Below are positions 1 through 7,994 of a DNA stretch of 64,000 nt, in pieces (the stretch's first letter is position 1; each line of letters opens with the position of its first letter). A program made the position numbers and the translations under genes. The stretch comes from a bacterium (GTDB lineage: Bacteria; Hinthialibacterota; Hinthialibacteria; Hinthialibacterales; Hinthialibacteraceae): assembly GCA_963662285.2 (NCBI GenBank), contig CAXXMV010000002.1, positions 864,001 to 928,000 of the forward strand, in the 5' to 3' direction. The notes beneath the pieces were generated by a model that saw only the letters and a program-made list of their open reading frames with translations, was not told where the DNA came from and did no database searches.

Positions 1-2
1 GA

Positions 3-371
3 AAGATTGGCGCGTCCCAGGATGGCGAATTCCAGGTTGGCCTCAGTCAGGTTGGCGTTGGTTAACGACGCCGAATCTAATTGAGCGCGATGCAAGTTAG
101 CCCGTTGGAGATCGGCGCCATCCAGTTTGGCGCCGATCAGGCAGGCGTAGGATAAATCGACTTCTGGTAAATTGGCATTGGTTAAATCAACGCCATGCAA
201 TACCCAGCCTGATAACGAGACTCCATCGGTTATGATCTGGATAATGTGATTAATGTAATCCGGTTGGTTGGCTAGATGTTTCCAACATGTTGATTCTCCC
301 GTCAAAGCCAGGTCAGAACATTGGTCATGTATGCAGTGAATGAAATCGAAATAGGTATTAAGTTTTTCCAT
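3..371 (-). CDS. Pentapeptide repeat protein (partial, runs off the left edge)
   Basis: Manual translation from ATG at 371: MEKLNTYFDF...GVDLTNANLPEVDLSYACLIGAKLDGADLQRANLHRAQLDSASLTNANLTEANL, i.e. A(D/N)Lxx repeats. Confidence 0.85.
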   Translation of the reverse strand, partial: MEKLNTYFDFIHCIHDQCSDLALTGESTCWKHLANQPDYINHIIQIITDGVSLSGWVLHGVDLTNANLPEVDLSYACLIGAKLDGADLQRANLHRAQLDSASLTNANLTEANLEFAILGRANL

Positions 372-489
372 AATTATTCACCCTGTGTTTTTGGGGATAT
401 GAAAACTATATCACAAAAGAAACAGAAGCGCTCTAGGAGTTGATTGAATATTTAATGAGATAAGGAGTCATCGCTCAACCGTATCCGGG

Positions 490-531
490 CTGGGTGGCAA
501 GGGCAAGAGCGCATTGCGCTCAGCCCTTGAT
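490..531 (-). repeat. 42-bp palindromic REP-like repeat (ATCAAGGGCTGA family), copy 1
   Basis: Reverse complement ATCAAGGGCTGAGCGCAATGCGCTCTTGCCCTTGCCACCCAG matches copies at 16314 and 23326. Confidence 0.85.
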
Positions 532-559
532 CAAGCCACCGATGATAGGATGAAATTCC

Positions 560-576
560 TTAACTTAATGACATTG
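560..576. mobile_element. Solitary IS4-like/MITE terminal repeat abutting a truncated REP
   Basis: TTAACTTAATGACATTG is identical to the right end of the MITE at 23403-23494. Confidence 0.7.
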
Positions 577-667
577 CTTTTTATGGGCGCCCGATTAGCC
601 CGTCAGTCCGGGAATTGGAAAAACCAAAGAGGATTCATAATCGGGTAACCACAAGAGTTACCCCTAC
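577..667. repeat. GTAG-type REP doublet (REPIN-like), left REP truncated
   Basis: Near-identical inverted copy of 24697-24796; ends CGGGTAACCACAAGAGTTACCCCTAC. Confidence 0.85.
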
Positions 668-678
668 AGTATGATAAT

Positions 679-2511
679 CTATTTGACGTAATTCAGGCTG
701 CGCAATTGTTCCATGAGAGATTCGGGCATGGATTCTGAGTCATCAGGCAGCGCAGCTGGCGGATCGTATTGTTCTACGTATATGGGTTTATTAGTACTGC
801 GAAATGAATCGGTGAATATTTCATCCATAATCCTGCCGGGCAGTTCCTTGCTGATGGGCATACCCAGTTGATATAGCATGGTCGGCGCCAGGTCGAGAAG
901 ATCGGCTGGTTGCAATTGCGCTCCCGGTTGAATCGATGGACCCTGAGCGATGATAATGCCTGTTGGATGATGGGTTCCAGAAAAGGTGCGTTCAAAGAAG
1001 AACTGGTCAACCGGGTATTCTTTCTCTTGTATGATAATGCTCTTATTGGTCAATACAGGGGATTCGGGATTCCATGAGAGGGAGAAATTAGCCCGCAGCG
1101 TAATCTTACCGTTATCTTCAACCTCTACGATAAAAACTGGTTCATTATCATCCGCGAACTGAATTTGCGTCAATTGTTGTTGCAAATCCTTGATGAATTC
1201 GACATCATGCATGATTGGCTCAAGCACGATTTGTCTTTGAATCATATAGTGATGCAGTAATTGGGAACTGCCCAAGGTATTGAGCAATCGCGGGACATCC
1301 ACAAAAAACTGACGCGGAGCGGCGGGATCAGCCTGGAAGCCGTGATCGGATATAAGAATAACAGTCGTACTTTCGGGCAAGGTTTCGAGGATGCGCCCGA
1401 ACTGCCGGTCGGCTTCGCGGTAATAATCGGTGATGGCGTCTTTATATGGATTATCCGGCTCGATATTGAAATCGGGGAATTTTTCCGGCTGCATATAATG
1501 CCAGAATCGATGGGCGATTTTATCGCTGCCATATAGTATAAATGCTGAGATATCCGGTTGATGACGTTTCAGCAATGATATATAAAGGTCGGCCCGGATT
1601 TGGGCTTCGGCCATAAGTTTGGCGGCCAGGCGTTCTTCTTCGCTGTAGCCAATATAGTCCCGCAGATAGAATTGCGCCATGCGTTCAACGCCTCTCAGAC
1701 GCGCCCCCCGCTTTATGCTATCCCACAGTGCGAGAACGGGGTTGATTGGCCCGCCATAACGGCTTTGCTCAAGATAGAGTTCCTGGATGCATGAATCGCT
1801 CATTGGGCGTGTATCAGGTGAATGAGCCATCCATGACGGGATATTGAAAGCGAATGGATCACGCGGCGGCCATGTTACCAGCCATGAGAATAGACCGACT
1901 TTGAGGTTATTGCGGGCGCAGATATCGAATACCCGGTTAGCGCTTAGATCAGACCGGGTAGAGAAATATCCGTTGATGCCATGTTGATCGGTAGGCAAAC
2001 CGGTGGCAATAGAAGTCCAGACAATAGGAGATTGCATAGGTTCGAGGCTTTGTAGATTGCCATGAACGCCTTCCTGACAAAGTTGTTGGATATTGGGCAA
2101 CTGACCTTTTGCCATCATGGGATTTATCAGATCCCAGGTTGCGCCATCTAAACCGAGGATGACTAATTGAGGTTTGTCTGTGGAAACCGGGCTATGGTTA
2201 ATCCATGAGGCAATCGCCATTAATGATAGAAATACAACGATAAGCATTACTGATGAAATGAACAAGCATTGTTTGATGCGGGTGGAGTAAAATCTCTTAA
2301 TCAATGATTGAAACCACATCGAACGTTTGGATAAATAATGGATTGATATGACGCCAACTGTCCAAAAAACCACAACGGGAATGGAGATAATGAGTAACAA
2401 AAACCAGGGAATGACATCACAAAAACCCGGATGCATATAACTTGCAATCAGGCAAAATCCAATTGGAGCGGCGAAAAAGACTAAAATGTTCAAAAGGGTG
2501 AATGGAATCAT
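679..2511 (-). CDS. Membrane-anchored alkaline phosphatase superfamily protein (type I phosphodiesterase/nucleotide pyrophosphatase-like)
   Basis: LGLDGATW, SPIVWTSIATG, SDHGF, GTHHPTG motifs, C-terminal EQLRSLNY; three N-terminal hydrophobic segments; start taken at MIPFTLL rather than the 2616 ORF start. Confidence 0.8.
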   Translation of the reverse strand: MIPFTLLNILVFFAAPIGFCLIASYMHPGFCDVIPWFLLLIISIPVVVFWTVGVISIHYLSKRSMWFQSLIKRFYSTRIKQCLFISSVMLIVVFLSLMAIASWINHSPVSTDKPQLVILGLDGATWDLINPMMAKGQLPNIQQLCQEGVHGNLQSLEPMQSPIVWTSIATGLPTDQHGINGYFSTRSDLSANRVFDICARNNLKVGLFSWLVTWPPRDPFAFNIPSWMAHSPDTRPMSDSCIQELYLEQSRYGGPINPVLALWDSIKRGARLRGVERMAQFYLRDYIGYSEEERLAAKLMAEAQIRADLYISLLKRHQPDISAFILYGSDKIAHRFWHYMQPEKFPDFNIEPDNPYKDAITDYYREADRQFGRILETLPESTTVILISDHGFQADPAAPRQFFVDVPRLLNTLGSSQLLHHYMIQRQIVLEPIMHDVEFIKDLQQQLTQIQFADDNEPVFIVEVEDNGKITLRANFSLSWNPESPVLTNKSIIIQEKEYPVDQFFFERTFSGTHHPTGIIIAQGPSIQPGAQLQPADLLDLAPTMLYQLGMPISKELPGRIMDEIFTDSFRSTNKPIYVEQYDPPAALPDDSESMPESLMEQLRSLNYVK

Positions 2512-2731
2512 GTTTATATTATTATACTCAATATTAAATTTTATGGAATAACCTACTTGTTTAACTTGGATTAGATTAGCGTAACTGTAATTACAAAGAT
2601 TCGGAGTATCATTCATATAACATATTGTTATTATTGAAGATATCTATGTATCCTACCTTATTAACTTTTTTATAAATCAAACGCTTGGTAATACAAAATA
2701 CGCGATAGTGCGATAGAATTGCATAAACGCC

Positions 2732-2761
2732 GCACTATAAAATCGCATGATTTTATAGTGC
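2732..2761. promoter_or_regulatory. Perfect 13-bp inverted repeat in a divergent intergenic region (candidate operator)
   Basis: GCACTATAAAATC-GCAT-GATTTTATAGTGC. Confidence 0.45.
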
Positions 2762-3112
2762 TTATTATATTAGACTTATAAACATAAAAACATAAAAATC
2801 ATAATTGCATGTTAATGTTTTGATTGTTACTATTGCCAAATGAATATAGAATCGCATATAATTGGTACAATATTCAATTAAATTGCCGTCTTGGATGCTG
2901 GATGTTTTGCGCCTCTTTTATGATTTACCCGATTGCCGGAAACATGAGAGTGGTTTTCATGATGACGTTCTGATTCGCGATTCAAAAAGCCGGAAAAGTG
3001 CGGCTTTTTCGAAGAACAAATGTAATAATAAAAAGAACCAAGTTATGATAATCGCTCTATTAATGCATAAGCGTATATTATAAACGGCTGATATTCTAAA
3101 GAGTACAAATAA

Positions 3113-4162
3113 ATGGCTGCGGCAAAAAAAACAAAACTTAATAGCATCGATACGGGTAAGGAAAAAGCAAAAACCCGCTCATCTACGGCGAAAGGTCAGG
3201 AGACAGCGGCCAAAAAATCGGTAATGTCTTCGAGTAAAAAGACAATTCCGAAAAAAAAGGCTGCACCCCTGAAGACAAATATCAAACAGACTACTGCGAT
3301 TAAAGATAAACGACCATCACAGAATAAACCTGTGAGTAAAAAAACCACCTCACAAAAAAAGTCTTCCAAAACAGTTTCCGAGAAAAAGACTGCCGCAAAA
3401 GCAATTGCATCTAGTAATAAAACTACCGAAAAAATTCTAAAAAGCAATACAAAAAGCGCGTCCGTCGAAAATACCCCTATAAAAGAAACAAAAGTTAAGA
3501 AAACCACGGCCAAAAAGACGGTTAGTAAAAAGACTTCTTCGAATACTAAATCTCCGGTTAACCGGGATGCGCCTGAAAAGAAAACCGCAAGACCCAAGTC
3601 GACGCGACCGGTTAGAAATAGAAGAAAAAAAGCGTCGGCGCCCCAGATCGAATTTCCAACAGCAACCTGGGAATCGGACAGCGTAATAAGTTTTGAAGCA
3701 ACCGAACATCTAACAGCGACAGACTTGACCAGCATAGCTGGCGGGTTTGTTTTTTATGGAGATAGCATTGTTCTGGCCAATATTCCCGGTAGAGGCTGGG
3801 ATATTATCGGGGGTCGGATAGACCTGGGAGAAACGCCGGAAGAAACATTTCGACGGGAAGCAACCAATCAGATTGGAGTAATGCTATCTCATGTAAAAAT
3901 GCTTGGTGTAATCCGTATAGAGCATATGGGTGAAAAACCACCTAATTGCCCTTATCCTTTCCCAATTGGTTATGGAATTCAGTATATTGGAATTGTTGAA
4001 GAGATGTTGCCTTTTACGGGAAGCGATGAGTCTTTAGGGCGCTCGTTGATTTCGCGTGAAGGTTTTAAGGAACATTATCACGAATGGAATGAGTATTATG
4101 AGGCAATTTTCAATTATGCATGCCTGGTATATGATAAATGGCGTAAAAAATTGAAAATTTGA
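3113..4162 (+). CDS. Lys/Ser/Thr/Ala-rich (histone H1-like) N-terminal region fused to a Nudix-fold domain
   Basis: About 175 aa low-complexity basic region (KKTTAKKTVSKK-like), then Nudix box GRIDLGETPEETFRREATNQIGV. Confidence 0.8.
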   Translation: MAAAKKTKLNSIDTGKEKAKTRSSTAKGQETAAKKSVMSSSKKTIPKKKAAPLKTNIKQTTAIKDKRPSQNKPVSKKTTSQKKSSKTVSEKKTAAKAIASSNKTTEKILKSNTKSASVENTPIKETKVKKTTAKKTVSKKTSSNTKSPVNRDAPEKKTARPKSTRPVRNRRKKASAPQIEFPTATWESDSVISFEATEHLTATDLTSIAGGFVFYGDSIVLANIPGRGWDIIGGRIDLGETPEETFRREATNQIGVMLSHVKMLGVIRIEHMGEKPPNCPYPFPIGYGIQYIGIVEEMLPFTGSDESLGRSLISREGFKEHYHEWNEYYEAIFNYACLVYDKWRKKLKI

Positions 4163-4205
4163 TTGGCTAATCTCGATATAGGCTTTACGAATAACCTGCC
4201 ATTTA

Positions 4206-4328
4206 TGATGAGTCGGCAAAAAGTGGATGAAAGACGAAACTCACAATACATCTTGTATATAAGTTTCATGAATATCCACTAAGTATCGTGGTCATAAAAA
4301 CAGTTTTTGACTTTTTACCGTTCCGTCA
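4206..4328. mobile_element. 123-bp MITE, copy 1
   Basis: Imperfect TIRs TGATGAGTCGGCAAAAAGT / ACTTTTTACCGTTCCGTCA; flanked by a TTTA direct repeat; 7 mismatches to the copy at 6018. Confidence 0.85.
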
Positions 4329-4570
4329 TTTATATGTATTTTGAGTGGTTTTGATAATAAAGTTTATATTCACGATTCGATAAAAAAAACAGAAAAGATT
4401 AGCTTTATCGAAGAGCAAAAGTGATAATAAACCAACATAATTTAAATAATCGCTCTAAATCTCTGAAAAAATTCATGGATTTACATTCAAAGTGTGTTAT
4501 ACTACTGTGTTGGAAAATATGGATTTGTGTTCCAAGACTTCATAATGATTCAAGGTGATGGGATATATCC

Positions 4571-5152
4571 ATGTCTGAGCGTCTATCACAAGACGAAATT
4601 GATGCGTTGCTGAATATGGGGTTGGGAGGTGCGGATCCACTTGATGATATCGAGGAGGAACCGGAACCCGAAGCATTCGCCATGTCTGCTCCAAAAACTG
4701 AGCAACAGCCTTTTACCGAGCCTTCAGGTATGTTTGGAGGTCAAGAAGCATCTCAAGGTTGGGCTGCTCCGCAACAAAGTTTACCTCAACAACCTATGCG
4801 CAAGATGCGCCCTTCTTCGAAAGTAGAAAATCCGGTTGATGTTCAAAATGCGGTTTTTGAAGATTTCGATGATGATAAAACCGGCCCTGAAACAACCAAT
4901 CTTGAAACAATACTAAATATTAAGTTAGAAATTCGGGTAGAACTTGGCAAGACGCTTACTTCGGTTCGCGATGTGCTTGATATGGGTCCCGGATCGGTGC
5001 TTGAGTTGCAAAAACTTAATGGTGAGCCGGTGGATCTTCTGGTAAATCAAAAACCTTTCTCTAAAGGTGAAATGATAGTTATCGGCGAAAACTTTGGAGT
5101 GCGCGTTACCGATATTCTTTCGGTTACTGAGATTATTGAAGCGCTGAAGTAA
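4571..5152 (+). CDS. fliN: Flagellar motor switch protein FliN (with N-terminal CheY-binding-type motif)
   Basis: N-terminal LSQDEIDALL; C-terminal SpoA/FliMN domain VELGKT...GSVLEL..LNGEPVDLLVN...GENFGVRVT. Confidence 0.9.
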   Translation: MSERLSQDEIDALLNMGLGGADPLDDIEEEPEPEAFAMSAPKTEQQPFTEPSGMFGGQEASQGWAAPQQSLPQQPMRKMRPSSKVENPVDVQNAVFEDFDDDKTGPETTNLETILNIKLEIRVELGKTLTSVRDVLDMGPGSVLELQKLNGEPVDLLVNQKPFSKGEMIVIGENFGVRVTDILSVTEIIEALK

Positions 5153-5183
5153 TTCGTTCTAACTATGGTGATTTTAATATACT

Positions 5184-5208
5184 CCTCACCCTATCCCTCT
5201 CCCGGCGG
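5184..5208 (+). repeat. Left half of a CCCTCACCC-CCCTCTCCC hairpin repeat (IS481 target)
   Basis: CCTCACCCTATCCCTCTCCCGGCGG directly abuts the IS481 end; same repeat family at 23433 and 55147. Confidence 0.75.
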
Positions 5209-5261
5209 TGTAAAGGCCTGGGACATGGGTAACAGGTGTTCGGGGACATAGGTAACACATT
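5209..5261 (+). mobile_element. Solitary left end (IRL) of the IS481-family element
   Basis: TGTAAAGGCCTGGGACATGGGTAACAGGTGTTCGGGGACATAGGTAACACATT is identical to the reverse complement of the element end at 55146; no transposase or right end follows. Confidence 0.9.
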
Positions 5262-5291
5262 GGTTGCATTGTATTGAAGGGTGGTTAGGTA

Positions 5292-5510
5292 TCAGTTTTT
5301 TTTTACTGCTTTGACTCCCTTATGGCTTAAACCCACTCCACTGAATACGCACCCGAACCATTGTAGGCTTTCAATCAACTTCGGCGTCCAATCCGGCGCG
5401 TCGCCCGCCATCCAGATGTCTGACATTTTTTGAAGAATCATTGCAGCCAGAAAAAGCCCGGCGCCTATAGTGGTTTTCTTTTCATTGATTAGTGACCAGA
5501 ACCATTTCAT
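5292..5510 (-). CDS. Small two-helix membrane protein, phage-holin-like architecture
   Basis: 72 aa from MKWFWSL with AAGGAG RBS; two hydrophobic segments and a basic C-terminus (HKGVKAVKKN). Confidence 0.55.
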   Translation of the reverse strand: MKWFWSLINEKKTTIGAGLFLAAMILQKMSDIWMAGDAPDWTPKLIESLQWFGCVFSGVGLSHKGVKAVKKN

Positions 5511-5634
5511 TGGTTTGCTCCTTATTTTTTGTTTTTTTATATCAATAAATTGACATAGCATAGCTGAGACAAAATTGTTTTGTCCAAAAAATGACCGTTA
5601 TTTCTATGGCGATCTTATGTGATAGAACTGTCAG

Positions 5635-5991
5635 TTATCCTTTTTTCATAAGCAACCCGCTTTGCAAATCCTGGGGGCGTATAGGATTTTCGTAATCTTT
5701 GCCTGATTTCTTGGGCGGCGTAAAAGACAAGACTGGTTCAGAAGCGATTTTTGCTTCGACTTGCTGCTTGATGTTTTCAACTTTGCTCAGGATTTTGTCT
5801 TTGGGCTGGCTGATGCTCTTGATAAACCACATCCTCGTTTTTACGCAAGAACAAAAAAAGTTGAACAATGACATCATTCGATTATCATTGATATGAAATC
5901 TTTTCTTGATAGCATCAGCCATTTTTTCGATGCAGTAATCCATTGTTTCGATAATTTTTTGATCCAATTGGTTTGACATTTCAACGTTCAT
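5635..5991 (-). CDS. Hypothetical protein
   Basis: 118-aa ORF with a strong AGGAGG RBS; no recognisable motif. Confidence 0.55.
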   Translation of the reverse strand: MNVEMSNQLDQKIIETMDYCIEKMADAIKKRFHINDNRMMSLFNFFCSCVKTRMWFIKSISQPKDKILSKVENIKQQVEAKIASEPVLSFTPPKKSGKDYENPIRPQDLQSGLLMKKG

Positions 5992-6017
5992 AATTTTCCT
6001 CCTAGGGAATGTTTAGA

Positions 6018-6140
6018 TGATGAGTCGGCAAAAAGTGGAAGAAAGACGAAACTCACGTTACATCTTGTATATAAGTCTCATGAATATCCACTTAGTATTG
6101 TGGTCATAAAAACAGTTTTTGACTTTTTACCGTTTCGTCA
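6018..6140. mobile_element. 123-bp MITE, copy 2
   Basis: Same element as 4206-4328, flanked by its own TAGA direct repeat (6014-6017 / 6141-6144). Confidence 0.85.
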
Positions 6141-6343
6141 TAGATACGCATTATGGCAAGAACCATGCCAACAATTGAACGTTTGTTTAGTTTTTGGGAT
6201 TTATTTGTCTGAATCTGGATGGGCAGGATTGAAGGATGATCTGGATTTTGTTTTATTAGGTAGTTGCGTGTTTTGGGAATATTGGATAATCAAAACGTAT
6301 CATTACATTGAGCAGGGATAAGAGATTACCTCTATTCTTGAAT

Positions 6344-7360
6344 TTAATATTCTTCACGTTCGACGCGGGCGGCTAGTTCTTTGAAGTGGAATAGTTTTTG
6401 GTATTCGATCAGAGTTGATAGTGCTCTATGTTCGGTGGGGATGCCCGCCTCTTCAATGGCTGCGGTAGGATTCAAGCCTCCGGCCACGATGATTCCCGTG
6501 CGGCCTTCTTCGACCGGGAATTCCAGCAGCGACTGATTGGGTTTTCCCAGAAGCAGTATGCCTCCCAACCCTATCTGATCTAATTTGTCGCGGATGACTT
6601 TTACTTCATTAATGGCGGAAGAAGGAATCTCCCGGAAGCTGGCGCCGATGCGGCCATGTCCGGATCGAGCGACTTCACGAGCGCTGGTGAGTTTGCCTTT
6701 GATAAAAATTTCCAGAGGATCAAGGGATGTTCCATTGTAATATATAACATCGGTGAAGCGTACCGGATTACCTTTATCCATCTCTAATACGCCGCCGAAG
6801 AGGGAGACCGTTGGAATGCGTGCGCTGAGCAGAATTCCATTGAGGGTGACGCTGCATACTGTACCTATGCCTACTTTTCCGGGCGGGATTATTAATTCAC
6901 CCAGGGTTTCTCCTTCATGAGTTAAATAGGTCAGGCGTCCCATACCTACATTGGCTTCAAACACCGGGATCATGTGCCGCACCGCAGCGGGTAAATTGAC
7001 CCGGTCAATTACTGATATATTCATGACGATTAATCCCGAACCGGTATTAGGATCAAAAGTGACCTGATAAGACAGATCATCAACTTTGGCGGCCATGAAG
7101 CCAATGCGGAAGTTGACGTTGGCGTCATGGATTTCGCTGATGCCCTGGCTGGTGATTTCCCGCCCCCCGCTGCGTCCGCGTTTGGCATTTTTGACCAGGC
7201 CATCCCGTTCCATCTCTTCAAGGTAGAGACGGACGGTGCGGGGGCTTAAATCGAATCCAAAGGCCTGTAGTTCCATGGTGATGATAGAACTACCGACAGG
7301 ATGAGAGGAGTCGCGCAAAAACCGAAGAATGGCTACTTTTAATTTGGGATTAATTTCCAC
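6344..7360 (-). CDS. nrpR: NrpR-family nitrogen regulator (winged HTH plus NRD/DUF128 domains)
   Basis: wHTH (PVGSSII...RTVRLYLEEMERDGLV...GREITSQG), TVCSVTLNGILL, GTSLDPLEIF, GGLNP motifs; start GTG at 7360 inferred. Confidence 0.85.
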   Translation of the reverse strand: MEINPKLKVAILRFLRDSSHPVGSSIITMELQAFGFDLSPRTVRLYLEEMERDGLVKNAKRGRSGGREITSQGISEIHDANVNFRIGFMAAKVDDLSYQVTFDPNTGSGLIVMNISVIDRVNLPAAVRHMIPVFEANVGMGRLTYLTHEGETLGELIIPPGKVGIGTVCSVTLNGILLSARIPTVSLFGGVLEMDKGNPVRFTDVIYYNGTSLDPLEIFIKGKLTSAREVARSGHGRIGASFREIPSSAINEVKVIRDKLDQIGLGGILLLGKPNQSLLEFPVEEGRTGIIVAGGLNPTAAIEEAGIPTEHRALSTLIEYQKLFHFKELAARVEREEY

Positions 7361-7685
7361 TATTTTCAATCCAAGATTTATGATTATTTGGTTAATATAC
7401 CATAAAAACAAAAAAGAACATATTGATAATTGGCATTTATTCTATTTTTAATAATAAATAATAAGGTTACATTTATTATACTTGATTGATATATTCTATT
7501 AAAGATGGAAGACTCAAAATTGAAAAACGATATCTAAATCATTTAAGATGCCGATAATAATTCAATAATTTATTAATGTTATCCGATTGAACCAATCCAG
7601 AGAAACGCATCTCCATAATACGCCTTATATATTAATAATTCAATTACTTATAAACATATCATAAATTATTCAACAGTAAAAAACC

Positions 7686-7717
7686 TTCAATATTTCAATA
7701 TTGATTGAAATATTGAA
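7686..7717. promoter_or_regulatory. Perfect 14-bp inverted repeat in the nrpR-gdhA divergent region
   Basis: TTCAATATTTCAAT-ATTG-ATTGAAATATTGAA. Confidence 0.45.
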
Positions 7718-7805
7718 GACAATATTAGAAAAATGAAATTTCTTCTGAAATATATTGACAAAACTTGACGCTCTTCTTGATTCCGATTTATTAATTCTGT
7801 ATTAT

Positions 7806-7825
7806 TATGGAATTGCAATGCCATA
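7806..7825. promoter_or_regulatory. Candidate NrpR operator upstream of gdhA
   Basis: Near-palindrome TATGGAATTGCAATGCCATA containing GGAA-N6-TGCC (archaeal NrpR operator is GGAA-N6-TTCC), downstream of TTGACA/TTGACG boxes. Confidence 0.55.
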
Positions 7826-7994
7826 TTAATTTATTTTGTATTCTGTAAATTGGTAACATGAAGCCAAATAGGCAGTTCGTTATGATTTAACCTTCTGGAA
7901 AGTCAAATTCTGAAGGCGGTTCAAATACTTGTTTGATGGATTGCATAATCAACTGGCATAGAAAAAAATATTTATAAAGGAGAATGGTAATATC

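Noticed and set aside
4205-4244. Hammerhead-ribozyme-like TGATGAGTC...GACGAAAC in the 123-bp MITEs
   Set aside because: The core C3 is A, stem II is only 3 bp, no stem I/III partner with an NUH site was found, and the motif is part of the TIR
5221-5258. CRISPR-like repeat pair GGGACATGGGTAACA
   Set aside because: Only two short units 23 bp apart; these are transposase-binding repeats of IS481 ends and no cas genes are present
4206-6140. Composite transposon bounded by the two MITEs
   Set aside because: Each copy has its own distinct TSD, so the insertions were independent
6201-6250. TGTCTGAATCTGGAT...GGAT..GGAT short periodic tract
   Set aside because: Resembles a dispersed intergenic repeat but is single-copy in this window, so it cannot be supported
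7860-7930. Glutamine (glnA) riboswitch in the gdhA leader
   Set aside because: A hairpin is present but the conserved CGTTCA/GGAAGTA/GAAGGAACG pattern is not matched
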